Made by a program: the position numbers and the translations under genes
The notes under the pieces: generated by a model
Seen by the model: the letters and a program-made list of their open reading frames with translations, nothing else
Database searches by the model: none
Told to the model about the DNA's origin: nothing
Source of the DNA: Candidatus Bathyarchaeota archaeon
Lineage (GTDB): Archaea; Thermoproteota; Bathyarchaeia; Bathyarchaeales; Bathycorpusculaceae
Reading direction: 5' to 3'
Assembly (NCBI GenBank): GCA_963828195.1
Contig: CAWHDT010000005.1
Coordinates: 672,001-736,000, forward strand
Length of the DNA stretch: 64,000 bases
In this document: positions 39,010 through 48,350 of the stretch, in pieces
How the letters are laid out: every line of letters begins with the position of its first letter
Position numbering within the stretch: position 1 is the stretch's first letter

Positions 39010-39924
39010 TTAGCTATGGAGTGCTTCCAATAAAGCTTTGACGTCATTAATCCAAGTGTTTATTGTTTTGATGTTCTCCGCCTGCCCATGTGATACCTTA
39101 TGCATTCCTTTCAATTGGTCAAGTTGGTGTTGGTAGTATCCTACTAACTGGTTTAGGGGCTTTATGAACTGGGCCGTTGAGCCATGTTGCTCCAGTTTAT
39201 CTCCTAAATTATTAAGTGTGATAAGCATCTCATCCACAGTCATTTCTGTGATTTTCTCGAAGTTTTGAAGCACCCACTGTTTGACAACCATATTGTGTTT
39301 TTTCCATCCTGTGGCTTGCTCAGTGAAGGTTTTGAGCACGGATAGGTAGAGCTGGGTGACTTGTTTCGCGTCAACTACGGGTGCCTGAGGCGCTGCTGAG
39401 GCTACTTTCACCTGTGCTTGGGTATCAGTATGCAGCTTAGCAAAAGAAACAGTTAAACCAACAGAAAGCCTAAGCGGCGCATCCAATGCAAGCCACAGTT
39501 TGTTTAGCTCCTCCAAAGAAAGCGAATCAATTTTCGTTGTGAACTCAACATTGTTTTCCTCGCCTGAATTTACGATCGGAGGAACGGCTAAAATTGCATG
39601 AATTATTTCCTCAAGCAATGCGTGGTCGTCTTTGTCGTTTCCGGTAGACGGGGTCACAAGATAGTGCAGAACAAAAGGCATCGTATTTTTGCTCGAGCAG
39701 TCTTCAGTTGACCGAGTGTTTCCTGACGCTTTTTCTTCGGTTATATTGTATAAGAAAATCGATAGCTTTCTGGTTCCGCGAGTCCCAGTGGCCTTTGGAG
39801 AGGAAAACGAGATTTGCTCTTGACTTGAGACGACGTTTTTTGTTGCGGGTTCATTTTTTATGCTGTTCCAGATAAGGTCTGCCAGAGCCCTGTCGGAATC
39901 CGATATGAAGGCTTTTTGAACCAT
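39010..39924 (-). CDS. DUF4255/Pvc16-like domain + helical C-terminal domain
   Basis: LSIFLYNITE, LHYLVTP, DHALL, LSLEELNKLWLAL..PLRLSV pattern. Confidence 0.75.
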   Translation of the reverse strand: MVQKAFISDSDRALADLIWNSIKNEPATKNVVSSQEQISFSSPKATGTRGTRKLSIFLYNITEEKASGNTRSTEDCSSKNTMPFVLHYLVTPSTGNDKDDHALLEEIIHAILAVPPIVNSGEENNVEFTTKIDSLSLEELNKLWLALDAPLRLSVGLTVSFAKLHTDTQAQVKVASAAPQAPVVDAKQVTQLYLSVLKTFTEQATGWKKHNMVVKQWVLQNFEKITEMTVDEMLITLNNLGDKLEQHGSTAQFIKPLNQLVGYYQHQLDQLKGMHKVSHGQAENIKTINTWINDVKALLEALHS

Positions 39925-40475
39925 AAGTATCGAGTCAAGTATTTTATTGCATTCTTAAAAGAGTTTAGCCAAAATCCGCGTAAATGCTCGCGTTAGAATA
40001 TTTTTCTGATTCTTAACACGTAAGATTCGCAGCCCAGTCAAGCTGTATAGACGCTAATAACGCAAAATATGCGTTTGCGGCAGCTAAAACTTTATCGTTT
40101 AACGCATTTCTCAGTGGCACTGTCAAAACGATTTGTTTTACCATAATCACAGGTTTTGCAGTCATCTTTTATTTCTTGGCCAAACGGGCAACCTTTCAAA
40201 TCTGCCATACTTTTTCACCTTAATCGATTATTGATGTGGTAGCCCAGAGAGGTTTAAGCCTCGTTCAAGCATTTCCAGACGCTACCAATTTGCTATCAAA
40301 ATAAAGCTTATTTAAGATTTAAGCATTAGTAATTTGCTCTCATTTTCACACTATGTTCACTAAGACGACGAGTGAGCTGTTGTTGGTTAATACTGACAAC
40401 ACAGCGTTATATAGCCTGCCACGTCAATAGGCTTTTGGCTATGACGTACACCAGCCCCAATAATGAAAATTAGAA

Positions 40476-43400
40476 TTGGTGAAGGACTTGGGTTTTGCTA
40501 CTTTAATTCCGATCGGGATAACCGAAGGATTGATGGCTGTCTTCACGGCATGGCTCATTAAAAAAGGCACGGAAATCAAGGCGCCAAGGGAAGCTTGGAC
40601 GGTACTCTTCCTCCTCTCAATGATGGCTGAGATGTTTATCAGCATCGTACCCTACCTCTACTTTCCAACAGCTCTCTTCGAAATAATATTGCTCAACATG
40701 TTTGCGATGATGGTCATAGGCTTCGCTTTCGCTATTTTGTATGTATTTGATGAACCCAAGACCTTGGATGAAACTCTATCCGGCAATGTGCGAGTAAAAT
40801 CCCTAATAATTGCGTTGATCGTCGCCTTGGTCCTCTTGTCTGAGGTGTTCATGGTCTGGACTTTTGCACTCATCGGAGGAACTGTATCCACGGTGGGCGA
40901 TCTCCAAGGAGTTTTCACCGCTATAACAAACTCTTCGAGTTCATTCTGGTTCATCTTCATGTCATCTGCTGAAATGGCAATCACACTTTTTTTCATCAGA
41001 GGCAGACTGCCGAAGGGATTTAGCTGGCTCATTGCGTCTCAAGTTATTATAATGGTCCTTTCTCCGACCGCGATTGTCAACTCTGTTTGGGCGGGCGTCT
41101 CTCTGGCTGCTGGCAGCGCCGTCATGACTTTTCTGTTCATATACGTCTTCAAGTTTCTGCATGAGAACCAGACTTTAAGCAGAGGTATCGTGAACTATCT
41201 GCTCTTTCTTATGGGGGCATATGCGTTGATGATGGCGGGCCAGTTCATCTGGCTTATCAACGGCGATACCGCAGTTTTTGCATTATCGATAATAGTCGAG
41301 ATGGTAGTGTACCTCGGAATAGTATTAGACGAAAAGAAGCTGATCTCTTCTAAATCGGTAAGTTGGCAGTCAATGCCGTACTGGATCTTTAGCGTTCTCT
41401 TTCTCATATTTGTGGTAGAGTTCTTTATGAGCGGAGTCGTGGCCATCCAGGTGTTTGGTCAAGGCTTTTTCAATGGGATCGTATCTGCGTCAACAACGTG
41501 GCCGCTTACGCGAATATTGAGCGCGGGCTTTTACGTTGGAACGATGACTTTCTTCACGGCATGGCTCATCAAAAAAGGCACGGAAATCAAGACCTTAATC
41601 GACGCCGGCATCGTGCTCTTTCTCCTCTCAATGATGGCCACAATCTTCATCAGCACAATCGTCTACCTCTACGTCCAACCATCAATTACACTTCTTGATC
41701 TGGTGACCATTAACTTGGCGGTGGCAGGCGTCGCAACTTCTGTCACTCTTTCTGCGACACGCAGGGGAAACGTTAGCCTCCTGAGGGATAAGGTGGGCAA
41801 CATCAGGCTTCTTTTGATCTCGTCGATCATCGCCTTGGTCATCCTTTCTGAGGTGTTCATGGGCTGGACTTTTGCGCTTCTTGGCGGTACGGTATCGATT
41901 TCGAGCGGTTTGCAATGGGTTTATTCAGCTCTTATTCATGCTTCGAGCTCCTTTTGGTTCATTTTTATGATGTCCGCCGAGATGGGAATAACGCTTTTCT
42001 TCATAAGGAGCAGGCTGCCAAAGCCGTTTGTCTTGATAATGGCAGCTCAAACCATCGTAATGATTCTGTCCCCCACAGCGATTGGCAACTCTCTCTGGAC
42101 CAGCATCTCCCTGGTTGCAGGGAGCGCCGTCATGGTTTTTCTTTTCATTTACGTCTTTGAGTTCCTATATAAGAATCGAACAATGGGTTCAGGCATACTG
42201 AACTACCTGCTCTTCCTCATGCTAGCCTACGCCCTAATGATGGCAGGCCAATTCATCTGGCTTCTCAACGGCGACGCCTCAGTTTTTGTCTTATCCATAA
42301 TAGTCGAAATGGTGGTGTACTTCGGAATCGTGCTGGACGAAAAAAGACTTACTTCATCCAAATCCGCAAGTTGGCTAGCAAAGCCGTATTGGGTCTTCGG
42401 TTTTCTGGTGCTTCTTTTCGTGGCAGAGTTCTTCATGGGCGGAGTCTTGGACATTCAAGTGTACGGAGCAGGCTTTTTCAACATGATGATGTTTGCCTCT
42501 ACAGCGGGGTCCTTTGTAAATGTCCTAAGTGCGGGTTTTTTCAATTTCATAATGTTCTTCACCAGAATAACCATGTCTCCGTGGTACCTGATAATGATGG
42601 GCATAGAGATGGGCGCCCTTGTAGCCTTCAGAATCAAGTATACGCGGGAGCTCGAAACTAAGGCAAGGCTCCTGCTTTTGATTCTCGCTTACGGCGCATA
42701 CAGTATACTCCTGCCCATATTCTTAATCCCATCCGATGTCCTTAGGCAGACCCCGTGGCTAGGCTGGGCATCAGGGATAGGAAGCTCAGGCGCCATAACT
42801 TCAACCGTAGTAGCGGCGTTGCTCGGCACATTTCTAATCAGCGGCACACTTTCATTTCTTTTCGGTAGCAGGCAACTCTGCTCTGTGACCTGCATGGCTC
42901 CCCTCATGTACCAGGGAACGACGGTAGATGCCATGAACTCATGTGGTAGAACTTCCAAGCTCGCGTGCAAGCTGCACACGAACAAGATATCATCCGCCTA
43001 CAAGACCGTTGTATCGGCGGTGTGGATCTCGTTGCTGGCTGCGGCTTTACTTTCCTACTTGGCATCTGCAGGAGTTTTAGGAATCTCCGTTTTCGGCATG
43101 GATCCTGCCTACTTCCTGTTCATGTTTTACTTCGGCTTTCTCTGGTACCTTATCTGGATGATGATCCCCTTTGTCGGGACGTACGGCTGCGCCTCAACTG
43201 GCATGTGCGGCTGGGGAGCTTTCAACCAGCTCATATCCCGAGCCGGGCTGTTTAGGCTAAAGGTAAAGGACAAGGCGCTTTGCAGCAACTGTACCACAAA
43301 GGACTGCTCGAAGGTCTGCCCTCTGGGACTCACAGGTCAGCCGGCGGCGTTCGCGGCCAAGGGCGAGTTCAAAAACTACAAATGTATTGGCGACGGGAAC

Positions 43401-44687
43401 TGCGTTTCGGCCTGTCCACAAAGAAATATAGCTTTCTACGATGTAAGACATTGGTTGAGGGAGCGCGTGCGTAAACCCATGGCTGCCGGCTCAATCAGTT
43501 TTTTGACGCTCTTATCGAGGAACATTAGAAGAAGACCCTTCAGGAACATGGCAACGATACTGTGTTTTGCGTTTATTGCAGCCAGCATACTATCCGCGGG
43601 CTACTTAATCAGCGGAACCACCAACAGCCTTAACGTTGGAATATCGCGAATGGGCGCAGACATAATGGTGGTTCCGTCAAACTCCACAGCGGCAGGAGAA
43701 TCTTTACTCCTAAACGGACAGCCAACAACATTCTTCTTTAACAACAGCCCAGTCCCAGAAATAATGAGAGTCCCCGGAGTAGCCGCCGTGAGCCCCCAAT
43801 TGTACATTGCGACCCTCGGAGCCTCCTGCTGCTCTTTACCCGTTCAATTAATAGGATTCAATTCCAGTCAAGACTTCACTATTACGCCTTGGTTACAAAC
43901 AAAACTTGTCGGAGGCTTGAAGCAAAATGAAATCATTGTTGGTAGCGCCATTGTAGGGAATGTAGGTTCCCGACTCAAATTTTATGGCCAAAGCTTCACC
44001 ATTGCAGGAAAGCTTTCGCCCACTGGAATGGGGTTAGACGACACGATTTTCATGCGCATGCAAGATGCCTACGCTATGGCGGCTGAATCAAACACAACCG
44101 CAGTAGAAACTCTAAACATTCAACCCGGGCAGATATCCGCAGTTTTAGTACGTGTGGCACCTGGCTACAATATAGCGGGAGTAGCAGCTGATATTGGATC
44201 TACGATTTCAGGTGTTCAAGTTATTCAGTCTAGCGGGCTAGTAAACACCGTGGCGAACCAAATATCCGCGACTACTCAACTTCTGTATGTTGCTGCGACT
44301 TCGGTTACCTTGGTTTCTCTTCCTCTAATTGCTCTTGTATCTTCAATGGTGATTAATGAGCGAAAGAGAGAGATAGGTATTCTCAGAGCGACGGGTGCTA
44401 CCAAAAGATTCATTCTTAAACTTTTCTTGTCGGAAGCGATTACTCTCGCCCTAATCGGCGGAATATTGGGTATTTTTTCCTCTTTCATCATGATTTACAC
44501 CTTTCAGAATTTAATAACACTTAAACTTCAAATACCATTTCTCTGGCCATCTGCTGGTCAAACTCTTGCTGAAGCCGGATTGGTGTTGACTCTTGTAGTC
44601 GCTGCTGGAGCCGCCGCTTCGCTATATCCAGCGATTAAAAATAGTAAGTTAGAACCGTACAACGCAATAAGGAGCGGAGAATCTTGA
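40476..44687 (+). CDS. Fusion: duplicated polytopic membrane domain + NapH/MauN-like 4Fe-4S domain + MacB/FtsX-type ABC permease
   Basis: Repeat starting TAWLIKKGTEIK twice; RQLCSVTC, GCASTGMCGWG, CSNCTTKDCSKVCP, CIGDGNCVSACP; then RNIRRRPFRN, RMGADIMVVP, ERKREIGILRATGA, ASLYPA. Confidence 0.8.
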   Translation: MVKDLGFATLIPIGITEGLMAVFTAWLIKKGTEIKAPREAWTVLFLLSMMAEMFISIVPYLYFPTALFEIILLNMFAMMVIGFAFAILYVFDEPKTLDETLSGNVRVKSLIIALIVALVLLSEVFMVWTFALIGGTVSTVGDLQGVFTAITNSSSSFWFIFMSSAEMAITLFFIRGRLPKGFSWLIASQVIIMVLSPTAIVNSVWAGVSLAAGSAVMTFLFIYVFKFLHENQTLSRGIVNYLLFLMGAYALMMAGQFIWLINGDTAVFALSIIVEMVVYLGIVLDEKKLISSKSVSWQSMPYWIFSVLFLIFVVEFFMSGVVAIQVFGQGFFNGIVSASTTWPLTRILSAGFYVGTMTFFTAWLIKKGTEIKTLIDAGIVLFLLSMMATIFISTIVYLYVQPSITLLDLVTINLAVAGVATSVTLSATRRGNVSLLRDKVGNIRLLLISSIIALVILSEVFMGWTFALLGGTVSISSGLQWVYSALIHASSSFWFIFMMSAEMGITLFFIRSRLPKPFVLIMAAQTIVMILSPTAIGNSLWTSISLVAGSAVMVFLFIYVFEFLYKNRTMGSGILNYLLFLMLAYALMMAGQFIWLLNGDASVFVLSIIVEMVVYFGIVLDEKRLTSSKSASWLAKPYWVFGFLVLLFVAEFFMGGVLDIQVYGAGFFNMMMFASTAGSFVNVLSAGFFNFIMFFTRITMSPWYLIMMGIEMGALVAFRIKYTRELETKARLLLLILAYGAYSILLPIFLIPSDVLRQTPWLGWASGIGSSGAITSTVVAALLGTFLISGTLSFLFGSRQLCSVTCMAPLMYQGTTVDAMNSCGRTSKLACKLHTNKISSAYKTVVSAVWISLLAAALLSYLASAGVLGISVFGMDPAYFLFMFYFGFLWYLIWMMIPFVGTYGCASTGMCGWGAFNQLISRAGLFRLKVKDKALCSNCTTKDCSKVCPLGLTGQPAAFAAKGEFKNYKCIGDGNCVSACPQRNIAFYDVRHWLRERVRKPMAAGSISFLTLLSRNIRRRPFRNMATILCFAFIAASILSAGYLISGTTNSLNVGISRMGADIMVVPSNSTAAGESLLLNGQPTTFFFNNSPVPEIMRVPGVAAVSPQLYIATLGASCCSLPVQLIGFNSSQDFTITPWLQTKLVGGLKQNEIIVGSAIVGNVGSRLKFYGQSFTIAGKLSPTGMGLDDTIFMRMQDAYAMAAESNTTAVETLNIQPGQISAVLVRVAPGYNIAGVAADIGSTISGVQVIQSSGLVNTVANQISATTQLLYVAATSVTLVSLPLIALVSSMVINERKREIGILRATGATKRFILKLFLSEAITLALIGGILGIFSSFIMIYTFQNLITLKLQIPFLWPSAGQTLAEAGLVLTLVVAAGAAASLYPAIKNSKLEPYNAIRSGES
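40540..42562 (+). repeat. Intragenic tandem duplication, ~1.0-kb unit
   Basis: cttcacggcatggctcat.aaaaaaggcacggaaatcaag at 40541 and 41552 (offset 1011 nt, 337 codons). Confidence 0.9.
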
Positions 44688-45412
44688 TTGTTGTCTCTGA
44701 ACTTTCGAAAGTATACAGGAAAAATATTGGGTCAGTTGAAACTGAAAACTCTGAAGGCAGCTCTTACATGCGCACCGTTGACTATGTTAGAGCGGTACAG
44801 AATGTCACTTTTTCCGTTTCAAAAGGAGAGTTTGTGTTAATTGTAGGCCGCTCTGGAAGCGGAAAAAGCACTTTGCTAAGCATGTTGGGAGGACTCACCG
44901 CTCCCACCGACGGTGCTGTCAGGTTGAATGACAAAGATCTATGGTCTATGTCTGATGAGGCTTTGTCTCGTCTCCGAGCAGAATACATAGGGTTTGTTTT
45001 TCAGTTCTCAGGCTTGTTGCCCACATTAAACGTTTTGGAAAACGTGATGTTACCTACCCTATTTGTTAAAGCAAAAGAAGACCCATCAAAACGTGCTCGC
45101 AAACTTCTTTCAGATGTAGGACTTGATTCGAAGGCCCAGTCGTTTCCATCTGAACTTTCTGGGGGCGAACTCAAAAGGGCTGCAATAGCTAGAGCTTTGA
45201 TCAATGATCCTTTGCTCATATTGGCGGATGAACCGACGGGGGATTTGGACGTGGACACTGAAAGAGAGATTATGGAGCTTTTCAAGGAGATTAATCGGCA
45301 GGGAAAAACTATTCTTATGGTTACTCACAACCCGGAACTTTCAAGTTACAGCAGCAGAGTCGTTAGAATGGACAAGGGAAAAATAAGTGAGCCACAGTCC
45401 GACTTGTCCTAA
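44684..45412 (+). CDS. LolD/MacB-type ABC ATPase
   Basis: GRSGSGKST, GFVFQF, LSGGE, ADEPTGDLD, VTH; overlaps the permease stop. Confidence 0.93.
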   Translation: MIVVSELSKVYRKNIGSVETENSEGSSYMRTVDYVRAVQNVTFSVSKGEFVLIVGRSGSGKSTLLSMLGGLTAPTDGAVRLNDKDLWSMSDEALSRLRAEYIGFVFQFSGLLPTLNVLENVMLPTLFVKAKEDPSKRARKLLSDVGLDSKAQSFPSELSGGELKRAAIARALINDPLLILADEPTGDLDVDTEREIMELFKEINRQGKTILMVTHNPELSSYSSRVVRMDKGKISEPQSDLS

Positions 45413-45477
45413 GAAGATGAACGATATTCAAACCTTGATGACCTAACACGTTGGCAAGGTATGTTTAGTTCATCCTT

Positions 45478-45687
45478 TTATCGTGGAGTCTTTGACGGCT
45501 TGGCAAAATAAACAGCCATTATGCCCAAAACGAATGGGATTGCGCCGAGAACCATTAACCCCGATTCGTTAGGCTGATTCGTCATCAACCAACTCATAAG
45601 GGTGTGGGCGCCCAGCCCAATGCCAATGATTATTCCACCTGCCAACGAAAGGATACACCCAACATACATTAACCATAATTTTGCCAT
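45478..45687 (-). CDS. Small two-TM membrane protein
   Basis: Two hydrophobic helices, basic C-terminus. Confidence 0.6.
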   Translation of the reverse strand: MAKLWLMYVGCILSLAGGIIIGIGLGAHTLMSWLMTNQPNESGLMVLGAIPFVLGIMAVYFAKPSKTPR

Positions 45688-45722
45688 AATTAACTCACTA
45701 AACTTTGGGGATTTCTAATACA

Positions 45723-45736
45723 TAAGGTTTGCCAAA
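45723..45736. promoter_or_regulatory. Possible third DtxR-type box
   Basis: taaggtttgccaaa has 2 mismatches to the reverse complement of ttaggcaaacctaa; 36 bp upstream of the 45687 start. Confidence 0.4.
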
Positions 45737-46067
45737 TCCGCCTGCCCGCCCTAACAGAAATATATCCTTCCACGATGTGAAGCATTGGTTGAAGGTGAGG
45801 TTTCGGAATTTAGATAATAGTGCGCAATGAATCCAAGAAACCCACATTCTTATTCGTTCATTTCTCCGAGAATTCTTGCCAGCATAAAAATGCTATAAGA
45901 TGCATAACTTGCAGCAAGCGAACCACATACTTTCATGTCAACTTCAACTTATTTAATCACAAAAACGATTGTCCTTTCATCAAAATGAATCAATTAAAAA
46001 TGTCAAAAAATCGATCTAGGAAACTTTAATTACGCGATTCAAATAGAATTTATTTGAGGCTTTACAG

Positions 46068-46487
46068 TTGAATTTTTTCGGCGTAACTCTTACGGTACCA
46101 GGGTTAATCTTAACCTTGATCGGCTTGATTATTCTGTGGATTGTCGTTTCTATTCCTGTTTGGCTTGCCGGTAAGGCTGCTACTGGGGGCAGAGCGAGTT
46201 TCGGAGAGGCCATGCTTGCAACATTAGCTGGACCAATCGTTTACTTCATCGTTGTCTTTTTGGTAGGCTACTTTTTAAGTTCAGTTATAGGTTCTGTGGC
46301 ATGGATTTTCGGCTACTTATTGGCGCTTTTAGCTTGGATTTGGGTTTTCAAAGCCAGTTTCCGAACAGGTTGGCTGCAGGCAATAATAATAGCCATTCTC
46401 GCATGGGTTATCTACATCATCCTAAGCATTATAATCGGGTACCTATTCAGAATATATTATCCAGCGCCATTCTTCCCAAAAATATAA
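46068..46487 (+). CDS. Four-TM hypothetical membrane protein
   Basis: Hydrophobic ORF, WVFKASFRTGWLQA. Confidence 0.75.
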   Translation: MNFFGVTLTVPGLILTLIGLIILWIVVSIPVWLAGKAATGGRASFGEAMLATLAGPIVYFIVVFLVGYFLSSVIGSVAWIFGYLLALLAWIWVFKASFRTGWLQAIIIAILAWVIYIILSIIIGYLFRIYYPAPFFPKI

Positions 46488-46677
46488 AAAACGATGAAAA
46501 TTAATGATCGTTTTGTGGAATAGATGTCAGCGTTAAGTTCCTGCCCGCTGGGTACCAAGGGGTCGGGAGGTTACGCTTCCTAAACTGTTCATGCTAACCA
46601 ACAAATTAAAGCAGCAAATAATTAAAAAATCCGCGGGAGCAAATCTGAAAAAGCAGGGATTCACGCCCGGGCAGAAG

Positions 46678-46750
46678 TAGCCCGAGAGAGATTCGAACTC
46701 TCGTCAAGGGCTCCAGAGGCCCCTATGCTTGACCACTACACCATCGGGCT
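46678..46750 (-). tRNA. tRNA-Gln(CTG), intronless, CCA not encoded
   Basis: Acceptor AGCCCGA/TCGGGCT, anticodon arm GGGGC-CTCTGGA-GCCCT, T-arm GAGAG-TTCGAAT-CTCTC. Confidence 0.96.
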
Positions 46751-46788
46751 TCGATGCAAACACCAAACATGGTTCAAATTATTTAACT

Positions 46789-47010
46789 TTAATGTTGCGC
46801 TGCTTCGCCGCCGTTTTCCTTCTTCAACGCCTCGCGTACGCAGTAGCATTCTTGGCTAACCTTGTTCCAGTTGCCGCAGTGCCACAGCGTGTCAACTATC
46901 GGGTTTTTGTTTTGGGCGTGGCGAGTTGAACAGAAAACTTTTTGGGGGTACTCGTATGAGTTGTGGCTGTCGCAGTTGCCGCAGTACTCTCCACCATTGT
47001 TTGCGCTCAT
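46789..47010 (-). CDS. Small Cys-rich protein overlapping the dys stop
   Basis: YCGNCDSH...FC...WHC...ECYC; ATGA overlap with dys. Confidence 0.65.
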   Translation of the reverse strand: MSANNGGEYCGNCDSHNSYEYPQKVFCSTRHAQNKNPIVDTLWHCGNWNKVSQECYCVREALKKENGGEAAQH

Positions 47011-48038
47011 GGTTTCAGCTGCCCCTTGTCTGTTGGTTTTTCAAACCGTAAAACTGGGTTGCGCTTGAAGCCCTCGCCCAGCCGCTCGGTTGCGGAGGCA
47101 ACGAGGAACGGGAAAACCATCAGTGCTTCACCTATAACCGTAACGTGATCTGCTTCGCCCTTCATTTTCCCCCAACTCACCGTCTCCTCCAGCGTGGAGC
47201 CGGATAAGCCGCCTGTTTCTGGCCGGTCCAGGGTGATTACAACAGCGTAATCTAAGCCTTTCTTCGACGCTAACACTGACGACTGGATCGTGTTGCGTGG
47301 CACTCCGCCGCCGAGGACTATCATGCCGTTTTTGGGTGATTTTGAGCTGATGCCGCATATGGTTGGCACGTCTTTGAAGGCATCAACTTGCAGCACGGGT
47401 TTGGCGGTATTCTGGGAGGCGTGGAGCCAGTGGATAAAGCCGAATTCGGAGTCGCGCACGGATGGCAGGAAAATGGGCACGTTCTCTTCGTACGCTGCTC
47501 TAAGTATGGAGTTTTTGTCGGTTAGGCGTTTGCCGATTTCCCAGCTGAACTCGTTTGAACCTAAGCTTTCCCCTTTGCGTTCCCGTGCTATATCATCGTA
47601 CATTTCGGACAGCTTGAAGTCTAATTTGACGTAGTCTTCTTCGGGAACAAAAATGTCGTAGATGCGGAAAACATGGTACCTGTAGAGTTCATTGTCGTTT
47701 ACTGCCCAGCTGCCCTTGTAGTGGTGTCCGCCTACGGCTTCGATGGCGTCGTGAACCATACATGCGCCCGTGCTAACGATTACGTCCACGAATCTTTTTC
47801 GGATCAAATCAGTGATTATGGCACGCATGCCCGCAGGTACAACTGCACCGGACAACGCCAAAAAAACAGTGCAGTCTTTGTCTTTGAGCATTTTCTCGTA
47901 AATATCGCACGCCGTTGCCAAGCGTCCAGCTCCAAAGGAGCCCGAGTTTTTGTACTGCTGCATCAGCTGGTCAACGGTTAATGCGCCGTTTATTTTTATG
48001 TGATTGACTGGAGTTTGGAGGTAATCTTTTCTTTCCAT
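47007..48038 (-). CDS. dys: Deoxyhypusine synthase family protein
   Basis: RIYDIF, LGGGVPRN, GGLSGSTLEETVSWGK (active-site Lys). Confidence 0.9.
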   Translation of the reverse strand: MERKDYLQTPVNHIKINGALTVDQLMQQYKNSGSFGAGRLATACDIYEKMLKDKDCTVFLALSGAVVPAGMRAIITDLIRKRFVDVIVSTGACMVHDAIEAVGGHHYKGSWAVNDNELYRYHVFRIYDIFVPEEDYVKLDFKLSEMYDDIARERKGESLGSNEFSWEIGKRLTDKNSILRAAYEENVPIFLPSVRDSEFGFIHWLHASQNTAKPVLQVDAFKDVPTICGISSKSPKNGMIVLGGGVPRNTIQSSVLASKKGLDYAVVITLDRPETGGLSGSTLEETVSWGKMKGEADHVTVIGEALMVFPFLVASATERLGEGFKRNPVLRFEKPTDKGQLKP

Positions 48039-48216
48039 CCAAGGTGCGCCTAGATTGCTAGTTATAGCTGGATATGAAAATAGCTTTCGATATTTAAATG
48101 ATGATAAACTTGGGGAAATGAGCTAGTTTAGAGTTTTGGGGAAGAAATTTTTTCCTGAATCTCTTTCAGCTAAGGGATTTCCTCTCTTCTTCTAAACATA
48201 TCAGATTCCTTTTTAG

Positions 48217-48288
48217 TTATTTTTTTTTGAGAAGCACAAGGATGCCGCCTATGACGCATAGAATCAAACCGTTTAACCAGCCGCTGCC
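48217..48288 (-). pseudogene. Orphan 3' fragment of a membrane-protein gene
   Basis: Reads GSGWLNGLILCVIGGILVLLKKK* with no convincing start. Confidence 0.3.
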
Positions 48289-48350
48289 AGTTCGATTAGA
48301 GAAAAAATATAATACATTGGGCAAATACAGTTGATTTGAGGTTGAAACAA

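Noticed and set aside
46530-46677. GC-rich patch downstream of tRNA-Gln with ctgcccg/cgggcag ends
   Set aside because: Only 7-bp complementarity; no recognisable SRP, RNase P or riboswitch motif.
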